DNA of 64,000 nucleotides from the NCBI GenBank assembly GCA_963785245.1, contig CAWAUO010000001.1, forward strand, positions 128,549 through 192,548, given 5' to 3'. Each line of letters opens with the position of its first letter. Within the stretch, counting starts at the first letter, position 1. Source of the stretch: an uncultured Actinomycetota bacterium (GTDB taxonomy: Bacteria > Actinomycetota > Acidimicrobiia > Spongiisociales > UBA5794). Below, one piece after another: positions 39,464 to 49,164 of this stretch. A program made the position numbers and the translations under genes. The notes under the pieces were generated by a model that made no database searches, had not been told where the DNA came from, and saw nothing but the letters and a program-made list of their open reading frames with translations.

Positions 39464-40231
39464 TCAGAGCGAGGCGGCCCGAGCAACGGCGACGGCCCGC
39501 TCCGGATCAACCGGGTTCGTTGCGATGCCGTCGACCTTGGTGTCCGAACCGACGATTGCGCCGTCGCCGATCGACAGGATCTCGGAGATCGTCGCCGCGG
39601 TGGCACCGGATCCGACGTACACGGGGAGATGGGAGTGGTCGGCGACGGTCTGGAGGTCGGCGAGGCTGGTTGCGGATCCGGTTCCGGCTCCGGACACGAC
39701 GACGGCGTCGGCACCGGCTCGCTCGACGAGATCGTTGGTCGCATCGACCAGGTCGAGACCGGCGGGTGGCGCCGCGTGTTTGACGAAGACGTCCGCGAGG
39801 ATCGCCGCATCGGGGCAGAGCTCTCGGCGAGCGCGAGCGATATCTGCGGCACGGCCAACGATCGGTCCCTGGTCGGTGTACATCATGCCGGAGAGCACGT
39901 TGATACGGATGAAGGACGCATCGGTTGCCGCGGCCACGGCGAGGGCGCCGAATCCGTCGTTGCGCAACACATTCACCCCGGTCGGCAGGCCCGCGGTTGC
40001 GACCGCTGCGACCGCTCGTGCCATTGCTGCGATCGTGACCTTGGGGACGTCGTCGGCATAGAAGGGGGCATCGCCGAAGTTTTCAACCATGATGCCTTCG
40101 AATCCAGCGGTGACGAGGGCCGCGGCGTCGACGCTGGCGCGTTCGAGCACCATGCTCATCGATCCGCCGAAGCCGGGTGCGCCGGGAAGTGGCTCGAGGT
40201 GAACCATGCCGATGAGGCGGGGGAGGGACAC
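39464..40231 (-). CDS. BtpA/SgcQ-family TIM-barrel protein
   Basis: 'LIGMVHLEPLPGAP...GFEGIMVENFGDAPF' matches the BtpA family N-terminus. Confidence 0.75.
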   Translation of the reverse strand: MSLPRLIGMVHLEPLPGAPGFGGSMSMVLERASVDAAALVTAGFEGIMVENFGDAPFYADDVPKVTIAAMARAVAAVATAGLPTGVNVLRNDGFGALAVAAATDASFIRINVLSGMMYTDQGPIVGRAADIARARRELCPDAAILADVFVKHAAPPAGLDLVDATNDLVERAGADAVVVSGAGTGSATSLADLQTVADHSHLPVYVGSGATAATISEILSIGDGAIVGSDTKVDGIATNPVDPERAVAVARAASL

Positions 40232-40234
40232 GGC

Positions 40235-41017
40235 CTAGTAGACCCGGGCGATTTCGAGTGCCCGCTCTGCCGACGGGCCAACCGCCTTCAGCCCGGTCTC
40301 AGATGCCGGCTGGCGGAGGGTCACGACACGGCACCAATCGGCGGCCACGCCCCGGATGACTTCGTCGGTGTCCTCGGGGCCGAAACGCCACGCGGCGTAC
40401 CTCGGGCCCATGAGCTCGACGCGGACGCCCTTGTCCGGATACGTCTCGCCGGCCTGGTCGAACGCAAAGGGGAGGCTCTTGTGGCCAAGCCATGCGATGT
40501 GTCGTAGGCGGGGCGTATCAGCGATCGGGTCCTCTTCCTCTTCCTCGAGATCGTCTTCCGGGATCGGAATCACCCGACCGAGCACGGCGGCTTTGATATC
40601 GAGGCCGTGCGCCCACGTCTCCATGAGGCGCATGGTCGCGAAGCTTCGGGCGCTCATATCGCCCCAGATCCATGGGATGCGGTCGGTTGCGAGCATCCGA
40701 GAGAGTGCATCGACGACATCGGCCCTGCCGTGCCGCCACCACTCGATGACTTCCTGGTGGCGTTGCGGGCGACCCTCTTCGGGTCCTTGGGCGGTCCATG
40801 CGTCGAAGTCGGCGATCTTCTCTTCGTCGATCCTCGGTTGACCCTGTTCAATGACCTCGGCAGCGAACCCTTCGAGGTGGGCGAGGTGGCTCACCTGGTC
40901 CTGGATCGTCCAGCCTGTGGCCGGTGTCTTCTTCTTCCAGTCGCGCGTCGACAAGCCCTGGAGGAACTGATCCAGGTGCTGTTCTTCGGCGACGAGGTCG
41001 GAAAGAATCTCCCGCAT
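40235..41017 (-). CDS. Maleylpyruvate-isomerase-family mycothiol-dependent (DinB_2-like) protein
   Basis: 'WTIQDQVSHLAHLE' metal-binding N-domain motif; ATG 'MREILSDL' at 41017. Confidence 0.65.
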   Translation of the reverse strand: MREILSDLVAEEQHLDQFLQGLSTRDWKKKTPATGWTIQDQVSHLAHLEGFAAEVIEQGQPRIDEEKIADFDAWTAQGPEEGRPQRHQEVIEWWRHGRADVVDALSRMLATDRIPWIWGDMSARSFATMRLMETWAHGLDIKAAVLGRVIPIPEDDLEEEEEDPIADTPRLRHIAWLGHKSLPFAFDQAGETYPDKGVRVELMGPRYAAWRFGPEDTDEVIRGVAADWCRVVTLRQPASETGLKAVGPSAERALEIARVY

Positions 41018-41042
41018 GGGTTGGATTCTAGAGTCGCTGCGG

Positions 41043-42101
41043 TTACTTCGGTTCGTTCGCTCCGGGCCGCTCTGTCCCGTTGAGACGGTCGACGAGGCAT
41101 CGCAAGCGGCCGAACTGCCGCCGGTCGAAGCGGAAACGGAGACGCGGAAGGTCCACGAAGTCATCAGAAGCGATCTCAGCGGACGTCGGTCCGATTTTGG
41201 TGATCTGGCCGGCACGCACGATGTCTGCGAATTCCGTGTTGAACTCCTCGACCTGGTCATCCGTCGGTTCGGCCGTGAGGCGGAGGATCAAGTCGCCGTC
41301 GACGTACCGCTGCGAGTGGTACACCGCGTAGAACGATCGGATCTCATCGATTGCCTCGTCGAGATCGCTGGTCACCGTGAATAGGTTGAGATCGTCGGCG
41401 GCGATCATGCCCTGCTCGACGAGGGTGTCGACGAAGTTGAGCCATGGTTCCCAGTAGCCGGTCCCGGGAGCCTCGAGCATGACGACGGGATGGAGATCCG
41501 ACTTGCCGGTCTGCATCAGCGTCAGCAACTCGAACGACTCGTCGAGGGTCCCGAAACCCCCTGGGAAGAGGACGAATGCGTCCGACTCTTTCACAAATGT
41601 GAGCTTGCGGGTGAAGAAGTACTTGTAGTTGATGAGACGGCTCTCGTGGACGAACGGGTTGGCCCCGTCCTCGAACGGAAGACGGACGCTCACGCCGAAC
41701 GAGAAGTCGCTCCCAGCCCCACGGTTTCCCGCCTCCATGATTCCAGGACCTGCACCAGTGACCACCATCCAACGGTATCGGTCGACCATGCGGGCGGCGA
41801 ACGCGGCCGCGAGTTCGTAGTTGGGTTCGTGCGGTTCGACACGGGCCGACCCGAACATCGTCACCTTCCGCACGCTCCGGTAGTGCTGGAAAACGAGGAA
41901 CGAGTAGCGCATCTCCTTGAGGGTGCTGTTCATCAGTTTGAGATCGCCGCGTCCGGTGCCATCGCGCAGCATCTTCAGCGAGGTGACCACGAGTTCCCGG
42001 ACCAGATCGTCTTCGCCGGCACTCGAGGTATCGGAGGCGCTCGCGACGAGATCGTCGAGGGCCTCGTCTATGGCGGGATCACCGACGTCATATGGTCGCA
42101 T
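41043..42101 (-). CDS. LOG-family protein (cytokinin riboside 5'-monophosphate phosphoribohydrolase-like) with N-terminal extension
   Basis: 'MVVTGAGPGIMEAGNRGA' and 'PGGFGTLDE' LOG motifs. Confidence 0.75.
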   Translation of the reverse strand: MRPYDVGDPAIDEALDDLVASASDTSSAGEDDLVRELVVTSLKMLRDGTGRGDLKLMNSTLKEMRYSFLVFQHYRSVRKVTMFGSARVEPHEPNYELAAAFAARMVDRYRWMVVTGAGPGIMEAGNRGAGSDFSFGVSVRLPFEDGANPFVHESRLINYKYFFTRKLTFVKESDAFVLFPGGFGTLDESFELLTLMQTGKSDLHPVVMLEAPGTGYWEPWLNFVDTLVEQGMIAADDLNLFTVTSDLDEAIDEIRSFYAVYHSQRYVDGDLILRLTAEPTDDQVEEFNTEFADIVRAGQITKIGPTSAEIASDDFVDLPRLRFRFDRRQFGRLRCLVDRLNGTERPGANEPK

Positions 42102-42127
42102 CGGGAGTCAACCTAATCTCTGGCGAC

Positions 42128-42775
42128 ATGATCCATGTGGTTTGGGACTGGAACGGTACGCTCGTTGAAGACCTGCCGGTGGTCGTCGAGTCGGTGAATG
42201 CCGCGCTCGCTGCGATCGGCGAGTCCTCGATCACGGAAGAGGACTACCGCGCCCACTTCGCTCGACCGGTCGAACGCTTCTACGAAGGTCTTCTTGAACG
42301 CAACGTCTCGGCCGACGAATGGGAGACCCTCGACCGGGTGTTCCACGAGCACTACCGGGCGACCCTTGATCGGGTTCCACTCTCGCGGGACGCTCGGCAG
42401 GCGATCGAGTTGGTGGCGAGTCGCGGCTGGACTCAGTCGATCCTATCGATGTGGTGGGAGGACGAGCTGCTGGAGGTGGTGAGACAGCATGACCTGCTTG
42501 ACCACATGCGCCTTGTTCAGGGAAACCGCGATGACCCGGGCGGTGGGAAGGCCAACCACCTCGTGCAGCATCTGGAGTCGCTTGATCTCGATCCGCATGT
42601 GGTCCTGATGGTCGGCGATTCGCTTGACGATGCGGCGGCGGCCGGCGTTGTCGGAACGGCCTGCGTCCTCTATGACGGAGGATCGCATCACCTCGATGCT
42701 CTTGAGGATGTCGGTGTACCCGTCACAGGATCGCTGGTTGAGGCGGTGAAGATCGCCACCCAGGTCGGGCGATGA
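42128..42775 (+). CDS. HAD-superfamily hydrolase (phosphoglycolate-phosphatase-like)
   Basis: 'VVWDWNGTL' motif I (DxD variant) and 'VGDSLDD' motif IV. Confidence 0.75.
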   Translation: MIHVVWDWNGTLVEDLPVVVESVNAALAAIGESSITEEDYRAHFARPVERFYEGLLERNVSADEWETLDRVFHEHYRATLDRVPLSRDARQAIELVASRGWTQSILSMWWEDELLEVVRQHDLLDHMRLVQGNRDDPGGGKANHLVQHLESLDLDPHVVLMVGDSLDDAAAAGVVGTACVLYDGGSHHLDALEDVGVPVTGSLVEAVKIATQVGR

Positions 42776-42929
42776 TCCGACACTCTATGTGCGCGAGGCG
42801 AAGCCATACCCGTGTGACATGAGAAACCACGGCAGGCGCGCGTTCTAGGGGCGCCGGGCCCTAGGAACACGTCGATCAGCCGGATACGGTTCATGGTGAG
42901 CGCAGCGAAGGCTGCAGGAGGCGTGTGCT

Positions 42930-44060
42930 ATGGCAGACAAGACCGCGGACCTGGCCGGTCCCGGCATCGGCAACTACGAGGATCTCGCAGCGGATCTCCC
43001 CGACGACTACTCGTCAGCCCTGAGCCATCGCGAGACGATGGAGGCCCTCTTCGCCGTCAAGACGTATATCGAAGAGCACCTGTGCCGCGAGTTGGGCCTG
43101 ATGATGGTGCAGGTCCCACTCATTGTTGACGAGGCCAGCGGCGTCAACGACTACCTCGACCGGGACGGTTCGCGCGGTCCGGTTGAGTTCCACATCAGCA
43201 ACGACCGCAATGTTCATCCGATCGAGGGACAGATCGTCCAGGCCGCGACGAAGTGGAAACGCGTCTCTCTCGGTCAGTTCGGGATGGAGCCCGGTGAGGG
43301 CATCTGCACCGACATGAAGGCGGTCAGGAAGGATTACTTCCTCGATCACGACCACTCGGCCTATGTGGACCAATGGGACTGGGAGAAGGTCATCCGCGCC
43401 CGCGATCGAAACCTCACGTATCTGACGGACACCGTCCAACGGATCTGGAAGGTGCTGTACGGGGCATCGCAGCACGCATTGGAGCTCTTCCCACAGCTCT
43501 ACGACCCCCGCTATCCCGAGATACCGGAGGAGGTGCACTTCATCCATGCCGAAGATCTCCTCACCCGTTATCCCGACCTGCCACGCAAGCAGCGAGAGAC
43601 GGCGATTCTCCAGGAGTATCCGGCTGTGTTCATCTATGGGATCGGCTGGACGCTCGAGGACGGCTACCCGCATGAGATGCGGGCCGCGGACTACGACGAC
43701 TGGGTGACCGAGACGGAGTCCGCAGACGGGCGGCCGATGCACGGTCTCAACGGTGACATCCTCGTATGGAATCCGGTGACGAAGCGTCGCCATGAACTCA
43801 CCTCGATGGGTATTCGGGTGACCAAGGAGACGCTGGTTCAGCAGCTCGAGCTGACGGGACAACTCGACTTCCTTGAGCTTCCGTATCACCAGGCGATTCT
43901 CAACGACGAGATCCCGCTGTCGATCGGCGGAGGGATCGGGCAATCGCGGACCTACATGTATCTCCTGCGCAAGGCCCACCTCGGTGAGGTATCCGTGACC
44001 GTGTGGCCGAAGATCCTCAAGGACCTGTGCGCCAAGCGGAACATCTTCGTCCTCGAGTAG
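42930..44060 (+). CDS. asnA: Aspartate-ammonia ligase (asparagine synthetase A)
   Basis: Collinear with E. coli AsnA: 'YVDQWDWEKV', 'HFIHAEDLLTRYPDL', 'NGDILVWNPV', 'LSIGGGIGQSR'. Confidence 0.85.
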   Translation: MADKTADLAGPGIGNYEDLAADLPDDYSSALSHRETMEALFAVKTYIEEHLCRELGLMMVQVPLIVDEASGVNDYLDRDGSRGPVEFHISNDRNVHPIEGQIVQAATKWKRVSLGQFGMEPGEGICTDMKAVRKDYFLDHDHSAYVDQWDWEKVIRARDRNLTYLTDTVQRIWKVLYGASQHALELFPQLYDPRYPEIPEEVHFIHAEDLLTRYPDLPRKQRETAILQEYPAVFIYGIGWTLEDGYPHEMRAADYDDWVTETESADGRPMHGLNGDILVWNPVTKRRHELTSMGIRVTKETLVQQLELTGQLDFLELPYHQAILNDEIPLSIGGGIGQSRTYMYLLRKAHLGEVSVTVWPKILKDLCAKRNIFVLE

Positions 44061-44209
44061 GCCGCGCACCGGTCGGCGTCCCTGTGGCCGGTTGAGTTCC
44101 GGCGGTTGGCGTATGGTCATGCCCGACTGTGGAGGCCAATGCTGGTTGACGGAAGCATCATGACGGTTCCCCGTTCGGGGAAGACGGACGGCGATCGCCG
44201 GAGGTCGGC

Positions 44210-46219
44210 GTGCTCGTAGGTACCGTCGAGGTGACGCTCCTAGTCCTCCTGTTCGCGATCCTCGCGGGTCCGATCATCGCTGAACGGTTCCGCGTACCGG
44301 GACTGCTCGGGCTCATCTTCCTTGGCATGATCTTCGGTCCGTTCATGCTTGGGTGGCTCGGGCGTACCGGACTCGTGATCGACCTCGGCGCCATCGGAAT
44401 CCTGTATCTGATGTTCCTCGCGGGCCTCGGGTTCAACCTTCAGGCGTTCGCTGAAAACCGAACAAGCGCGGTGGTCTTCGGCCTGCTCGGTTTCAGCATC
44501 CCCTTCGTGCTGAGCGTCGCGACCGGAATCCTGCTGCTCGACTACGGGATTCTCGCCGCCGGCCTTGTCGGAGCCATGTGGGCTTCGAACACGCTCGTGG
44601 CGTATCCCGAGGTGCGCGCCGCCGGGCTTGCGGACACACGCGCGGTGAGCGATTCCGTCTCTGCCGGGGTTGTTGCCGACATGCTGTCGCTGCTCGTCCT
44701 CGCCGTCGCCACGTCCTATGCCGTCATCGACACGGTGGAGCCTCTTGAGGCGTCCGACGCCGTCAATGCCGGACGGGCGCCTTCCCTGCCGCTGTGGATC
44801 ACCGTGCCAATTCTGGTGGGGTTCACGCTGTGGCTGCTGCCGAAACTCGGTGACTGGTTCTTTCTCCGAGTAGGCAAGTCTCGCGTCCAGCGATTCCTCT
44901 TCGCTCTCGTCGGCATGGCGGCCGGTGCGTCCCTTGCCGTTGCCGGCGGCCTTGAAGGAATCATCGGTGCGTTCCTCGCCGGACTCGGCCTCAATCGTCT
45001 CGTGCCGAAGAACAGCGAGTTGATGGAGCGGTTGGATTTCGTTGGCTCGACCATCTTCATCCCGGCCTTTCTGGTGTCGATCGGTCTCAGCATCGATCCG
45101 CTCGTCCTCTTCGACCTCAACACGATCGCCCTCGGCTTGCTCTTCACGGCCCTGGTGATCGTCGGCAAGACCACCGCGGTGGCGATCGCATCCCGGTTCT
45201 TCCACTACACGTTCGACGAGGCCGGGTTGATGGCGTCGCTCAGCTATGGGCAGGCGGCGTCGACGCTCGCGATCGCCCAGGTGGGGTTGAGCTTGGAACT
45301 GTTCGGTCAGGACGTCGTGAACGGGGCGGTCCTCGCAGTGGTGTTCACCGCCTTCGCGACATCGTTCGGCACACAGTTCTTCATCCGGCGTGTTCCGCGA
45401 CCCGCGCCTCTCCAGGGAGCCTTCGGCGACCGCGTCCTCGTCGATGTTCGGCCATCGGGATCCGACCTCGACACGCTCGTCACTTTCGCCGGACTCGTTG
45501 CCCGAGGCGACGACGGTGTCGTCGTTCCGTATGCGACTCCACTGCCGGGCCACAAGGAAGCAGGGAGTCTCCGGATCTCGGAGGCCGAGACCTCTGCCGC
45601 AGATGCGGGCCATGACACGGAAGGGATTGTGCGCGTTTCCGAGTCCTTCGCGAACGGCACGGTGGAACTCATCGAGGAAGTCGATGCATCGTTGCTCGTG
45701 CTGTCGTGGTCCGGGCCCAAACTGGCGAACGACTACGTGTTCGGGAATGAGATCGATGAGGTGGGGGAGCAATCAGCCGTTCCGACCGTCGCCGTCCACC
45801 TGGTCCGCCCATGGAATCGCGTCGTGCTGGCGGTCGGCGACACCCGTGTCCCATGGCACCGTGAGGACGCTGAACTCGCGGTCTCGCTGGCGAGACGCCT
45901 CCGCGGCCGCAAGCACCTGCCGTTGATCGTATTCGGCACGGATCACAGCCTGGCGGAAGAGGCTATCGGGACAGCGGAGAACGTCACATACGTGACCGCC
46001 AAGCGGGGGTCGCGAGCGCTCTTCGAAGCGATCCGGCCGGACGACCTGGTCGTCGCACCGGCCTACGTGCTCCAGGCGCTGCCCGCACCGAGCCAGGTGC
46101 GGCTGATTCGGCGAATGGCGCAGATCGACATTGCCATCGTCGCCGGTCCACACCGACTGACGGTGGCCAGCCGATCGAACGCACACCGCTCGGAGCGCAT
46201 CCTCGGGCCACAGCAGTAG
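44210..46219 (+). CDS. Cation:proton antiporter fused to two C-terminal USP-like domains
   Basis: About 400-aa polytopic CPA-type TM domain followed by two about 130-aa USP-like repeats; GTG start with GGAGG RBS. Confidence 0.7.
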   Translation: MLVGTVEVTLLVLLFAILAGPIIAERFRVPGLLGLIFLGMIFGPFMLGWLGRTGLVIDLGAIGILYLMFLAGLGFNLQAFAENRTSAVVFGLLGFSIPFVLSVATGILLLDYGILAAGLVGAMWASNTLVAYPEVRAAGLADTRAVSDSVSAGVVADMLSLLVLAVATSYAVIDTVEPLEASDAVNAGRAPSLPLWITVPILVGFTLWLLPKLGDWFFLRVGKSRVQRFLFALVGMAAGASLAVAGGLEGIIGAFLAGLGLNRLVPKNSELMERLDFVGSTIFIPAFLVSIGLSIDPLVLFDLNTIALGLLFTALVIVGKTTAVAIASRFFHYTFDEAGLMASLSYGQAASTLAIAQVGLSLELFGQDVVNGAVLAVVFTAFATSFGTQFFIRRVPRPAPLQGAFGDRVLVDVRPSGSDLDTLVTFAGLVARGDDGVVVPYATPLPGHKEAGSLRISEAETSAADAGHDTEGIVRVSESFANGTVELIEEVDASLLVLSWSGPKLANDYVFGNEIDEVGEQSAVPTVAVHLVRPWNRVVLAVGDTRVPWHREDAELAVSLARRLRGRKHLPLIVFGTDHSLAEEAIGTAENVTYVTAKRGSRALFEAIRPDDLVVAPAYVLQALPAPSQVRLIRRMAQIDIAIVAGPHRLTVASRSNAHRSERILGPQQ

Positions 46220-46277
46220 GGACAATCCGAGGCGTCCCGGCGATGTCGCCCGTCCGAGCCACCGCCAGCGGTCGAGG

Positions 46278-47039
46278 TCATGTCGCCCGGGCGACGATGA
46301 AGAGGCGGCTGAATGGCACGGTGACGGACCCATTCGCTGCTCCCGGATACGCCTCGCGATAGCGCAGCCTGCACTCTTCGCTGAATCGTTCTTGGTCCGC
46401 TGGTGCCAGGCTGGCCAGGACCGGGCGGAGGACCGACCCCGTCACCCAGGTCCACACCGGATCATCTCCGGCGAGTTGCTGGAAGTAGGTCGTGCGCCAT
46501 ATGTCAACGTTCGCGGGCTGCAGCCACTCGGCGTAGGCCTCGGGTGCTCCGAGGCGATCGCGCAACAGCGCGGCGCGCGCCTCGTCTGGCCATCCCGGCT
46601 CGTCGAGCAGATCCGCGGGTATGCGGTGGGTTGGGGCACGCCAGTTGTCCGGCAACTGAACCGCGAGGACACCGTTCCTTCTGAGGCAGGTGCGAAGCCT
46701 ACGGAAGAGTTCGCGGTGATCGTCGAGCCAGTGGAGCGTTGCGTTCGAGAAGATCAGATCGACGGGTTCGCCCGGTTCCCAGGCTTCGATGTCTGCGATC
46801 GACCACGCCATATGTGGGTGGTCGGCACGCGCCCGTTCGATCATCTCGACTGACAAGTCGATCCCGACGACGGCGGCCGCCGGCCAGCGCAGCTGCAGAA
46901 GTGCAGTGAGATCGCCGGTTCCGCACCCGAGGTCGACGAGGGAACGAGCGTCGATATCCGGAATGCGTGAGAGCAGTTCAACCCCCGGCCGCCTGCGGTG
47001 ATCGGCAAAGCGGAGGTACTGGTCCGGATCCCAAGCCAT
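46278..47039 (-). CDS. tam: Trans-aconitate 2-methyltransferase
   Basis: 'MAWDPDQYLRF' N-terminus and SAM motif 'VDLGCGTG' as in Tam. Confidence 0.8.
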   Translation of the reverse strand: MAWDPDQYLRFADHRRRPGVELLSRIPDIDARSLVDLGCGTGDLTALLQLRWPAAAVVGIDLSVEMIERARADHPHMAWSIADIEAWEPGEPVDLIFSNATLHWLDDHRELFRRLRTCLRRNGVLAVQLPDNWRAPTHRIPADLLDEPGWPDEARAALLRDRLGAPEAYAEWLQPANVDIWRTTYFQQLAGDDPVWTWVTGSVLRPVLASLAPADQERFSEECRLRYREAYPGAANGSVTVPFSRLFIVARAT

Positions 47040-47343
47040 GGATTCAGCGTATCGGAATCCGCGACGAGAACTGAGAGCTGCGAGCTTCGAGCTGCGAGCA
47101 AGGACGGGCACCGCAGACCGTTCTTCATCGCTCCCGCCGTCAGGTGGGGGAGACGCGATCGGGCGGCTGCTCGATCGCAGAGGGGGCGGGGTGGGGGCTG
47201 GGATCGTGGAGAAGAGGTTTGGAGCGCACGGGTGGGGAGTTCAGGGGTGAGGTCCTCTCAAGCGGGCAGCCCCCTGCGCTGCACTTCGGCCTGGTGGCCG
47301 GTGCTCGCGCCTCTCCCACTGCGTGAGAGAGGCCAAGACCGGT

Positions 47344-48487
47344 CTACGCGACTCGCCAGGTGGTGCGTTGGGGTGGTGCGTGGCTTCGGGGTCGGATGAG
47401 GCGTCGGCGTTGGGGTGGCGAGGTGGGGTCGATGGTGAAGCCGTGGCCGTGGATCACGACGTGGTGGTGGAACCAACACACCGTCGACAGATTCCCCGGA
47501 TCCGTCCGTCCGCCCTGAGACCACGGGGTGGCGTGGTGCACCTGCAGGCGATACCGGCTGACGCAGCCTGAGATGGTGCAGACCCCGCCGTCACGATGCA
47601 GAATGAACCGTCTGAGACGGGGCGGGATCACCCGTGACCGGCGACCGACGGCGAGCGGTGTCCCGTCCGGGGTACGGGCCGTGACTTCCACGATCCCGTC
47701 ACACAGGATCGCTGCGAGCGTGTTCGGTCCGACCTGCGGCCCCGCCGCAACCGTGACACCCGCCTCACCGTTCGTGGCTGCCGCTTCGGATGCGTCGACA
47801 AACACCGACACCACCGGGCCATGGTTCCCAATCGAGGCTCCGTCGGTTCCTCTGATCGCGTCTTCGCTGATCGCCCACAACGCATCCGCATTCCTCGTCG
47901 TCCGCGACGGATTCGCTGCGGGTCCGTACGGGAAACGGTCAGCTTTCGCCTCAAGGGCGGCGACGACGATGCGGCCCGCATAGCCGGGGAGGCGACCCGA
48001 CAGAGTCCAGGATGATTCGTCGAGGTTCGCCTGCACCGACACAGAGCGCTGCTCGAACGCGATCTCTTCATCGATCGGCGCCATACGCCGCCGGCGGGCG
48101 GCACGGATCCGGATCCCCGCAACATCATACCCCGCCGTCTCACCCAGAATGTCTCAACGAGTCGTTGCGGCCCGCGAACCGACAGACCGCAACCGCCCGA
48201 TCGAACCCGATCACACCATTAGTGACCGCGTGATCGACGTCGGGCAGATCCTGCAGACGCCACGCCGTCGCAACCAGCATCCCAGCCGTCTCAGGAGCCA
48301 GATCCATCCGACCCGCCGCCCACTCCTTCAACGACCGAAGCCCATCACGCAACGCAACCTGGCGCCGGTCCAACTCACGCAGCAGCGACATCTGCCGGCC
48401 ACGGGATTCGGGCGATGTCGGCCTCGTCCTGGAGCAGTTCCTGCTCGATCGTTGCGGTGGCGAGACCACGGTGTCCCATACCCGCAA
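47344..48487 (-). pseudogene. Degraded DUF222/HNH endonuclease (REP13E12-type family) with multiple frame disruptions
   Basis: C-terminal ORF carries the HNH signature 'CTISGCVSRYRLQVHHATPWSQGGRTDPGNLSTVCWFHHHVV'. N-terminal DUF222-like segments ('AAGRMDLAPETAGMLVATAW', 'VTNGVIGFDRAVAV') sit in two further frames separated by stops. Confidence 0.65.
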
Positions 48488-48576
48488 CCTATCTCCCGGA
48501 TGTGACAGAAACCGGGGCTGGACAACAAGAATCTCAAGGAATCTTGCGAGTTCTCTGGTCGTCGATCGGGGTGCTC

Positions 48577-48635
48577 GAGAGACCCTCTCCGTAACCTGCC
48601 CGCAAGGCAGGCGCCACCTCCCCCTGAAGGGGAGG
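48577..48635 (-). terminator. Cluster of three GC-rich hairpins downstream of yajQ
   Basis: 'gagagaccctctc', 'cctgcccgcaaggcagg', 'cctccccctgaaggggagg'; no clear U-tract (common in high-GC genomes). Confidence 0.4.
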
Positions 48636-48669
48636 AACCTGACTGAGAAGGAGGCGTCGGTCCGCGCTT

Positions 48670-49155
48670 CTAGTCGCGGTAGTTGACGAACTGGAGGGGG
48701 ACGGGGAAGTCGAGGGCCTTGATCTCGACGATGACCTCCTGGAGGTCGTCGCGTTTCTTGCCCTGGACACGGAGTTGGTCGCCCTGGATCTGAGCTTGAA
48801 CCTTGAGCTTCATGTCGCGAATCTTCTTCGACAGGGCCCTGGCATCATCCTGGCTGATGCCCTGGTTGAGGGTGAAGTCGGCCCGGGAACGTCCGCCTCC
48901 CACCGGCTTGATCTCGCCGCCGCCGATCGACTTCAGCGAGACCTTGCGCTTCACCAACTTGGTCTTCAGCACGTCAATCGCGGCCTCGACGCGATGGTCC
49001 GAGGCCGACTCGACGACGATGCCATCGTCGGTGAGTGCGATCTCCGTATCGGTGCCCTTGAAGTCGTAGCGGTTCACAACCTCGCGCATCGACTGGTCGA
49101 CGGCGTTGCGGACTTCCTGCATGTCGACCTGCGAGACGATGTCGAATGACGGCAT
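48670..49155 (-). CDS. yajQ: YajQ-family nucleotide/c-di-GMP-binding protein (UPF0234)
   Basis: 'MPSFDIVSQVDMQEVRNAVDQSMREVVNRYDFKG' is the canonical YajQ N-terminus; 161 aa. Confidence 0.85.
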   Translation of the reverse strand: MPSFDIVSQVDMQEVRNAVDQSMREVVNRYDFKGTDTEIALTDDGIVVESASDHRVEAAIDVLKTKLVKRKVSLKSIGGGEIKPVGGGRSRADFTLNQGISQDDARALSKKIRDMKLKVQAQIQGDQLRVQGKKRDDLQEVIVEIKALDFPVPLQFVNYRD

Positions 49156-49164
49156 GGCTTCCTC

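Noticed and set aside
43014-44120. 368-aa minus-strand ORF opposite asnA
   Set aside because: Shadow ORF of the strongly supported asnA.
44240-45772. 510-aa minus-strand ORF opposite the antiporter
   Set aside because: Asp/Glu/Arg-rich low-complexity translation antisense to a clear 12-TM transporter gene.
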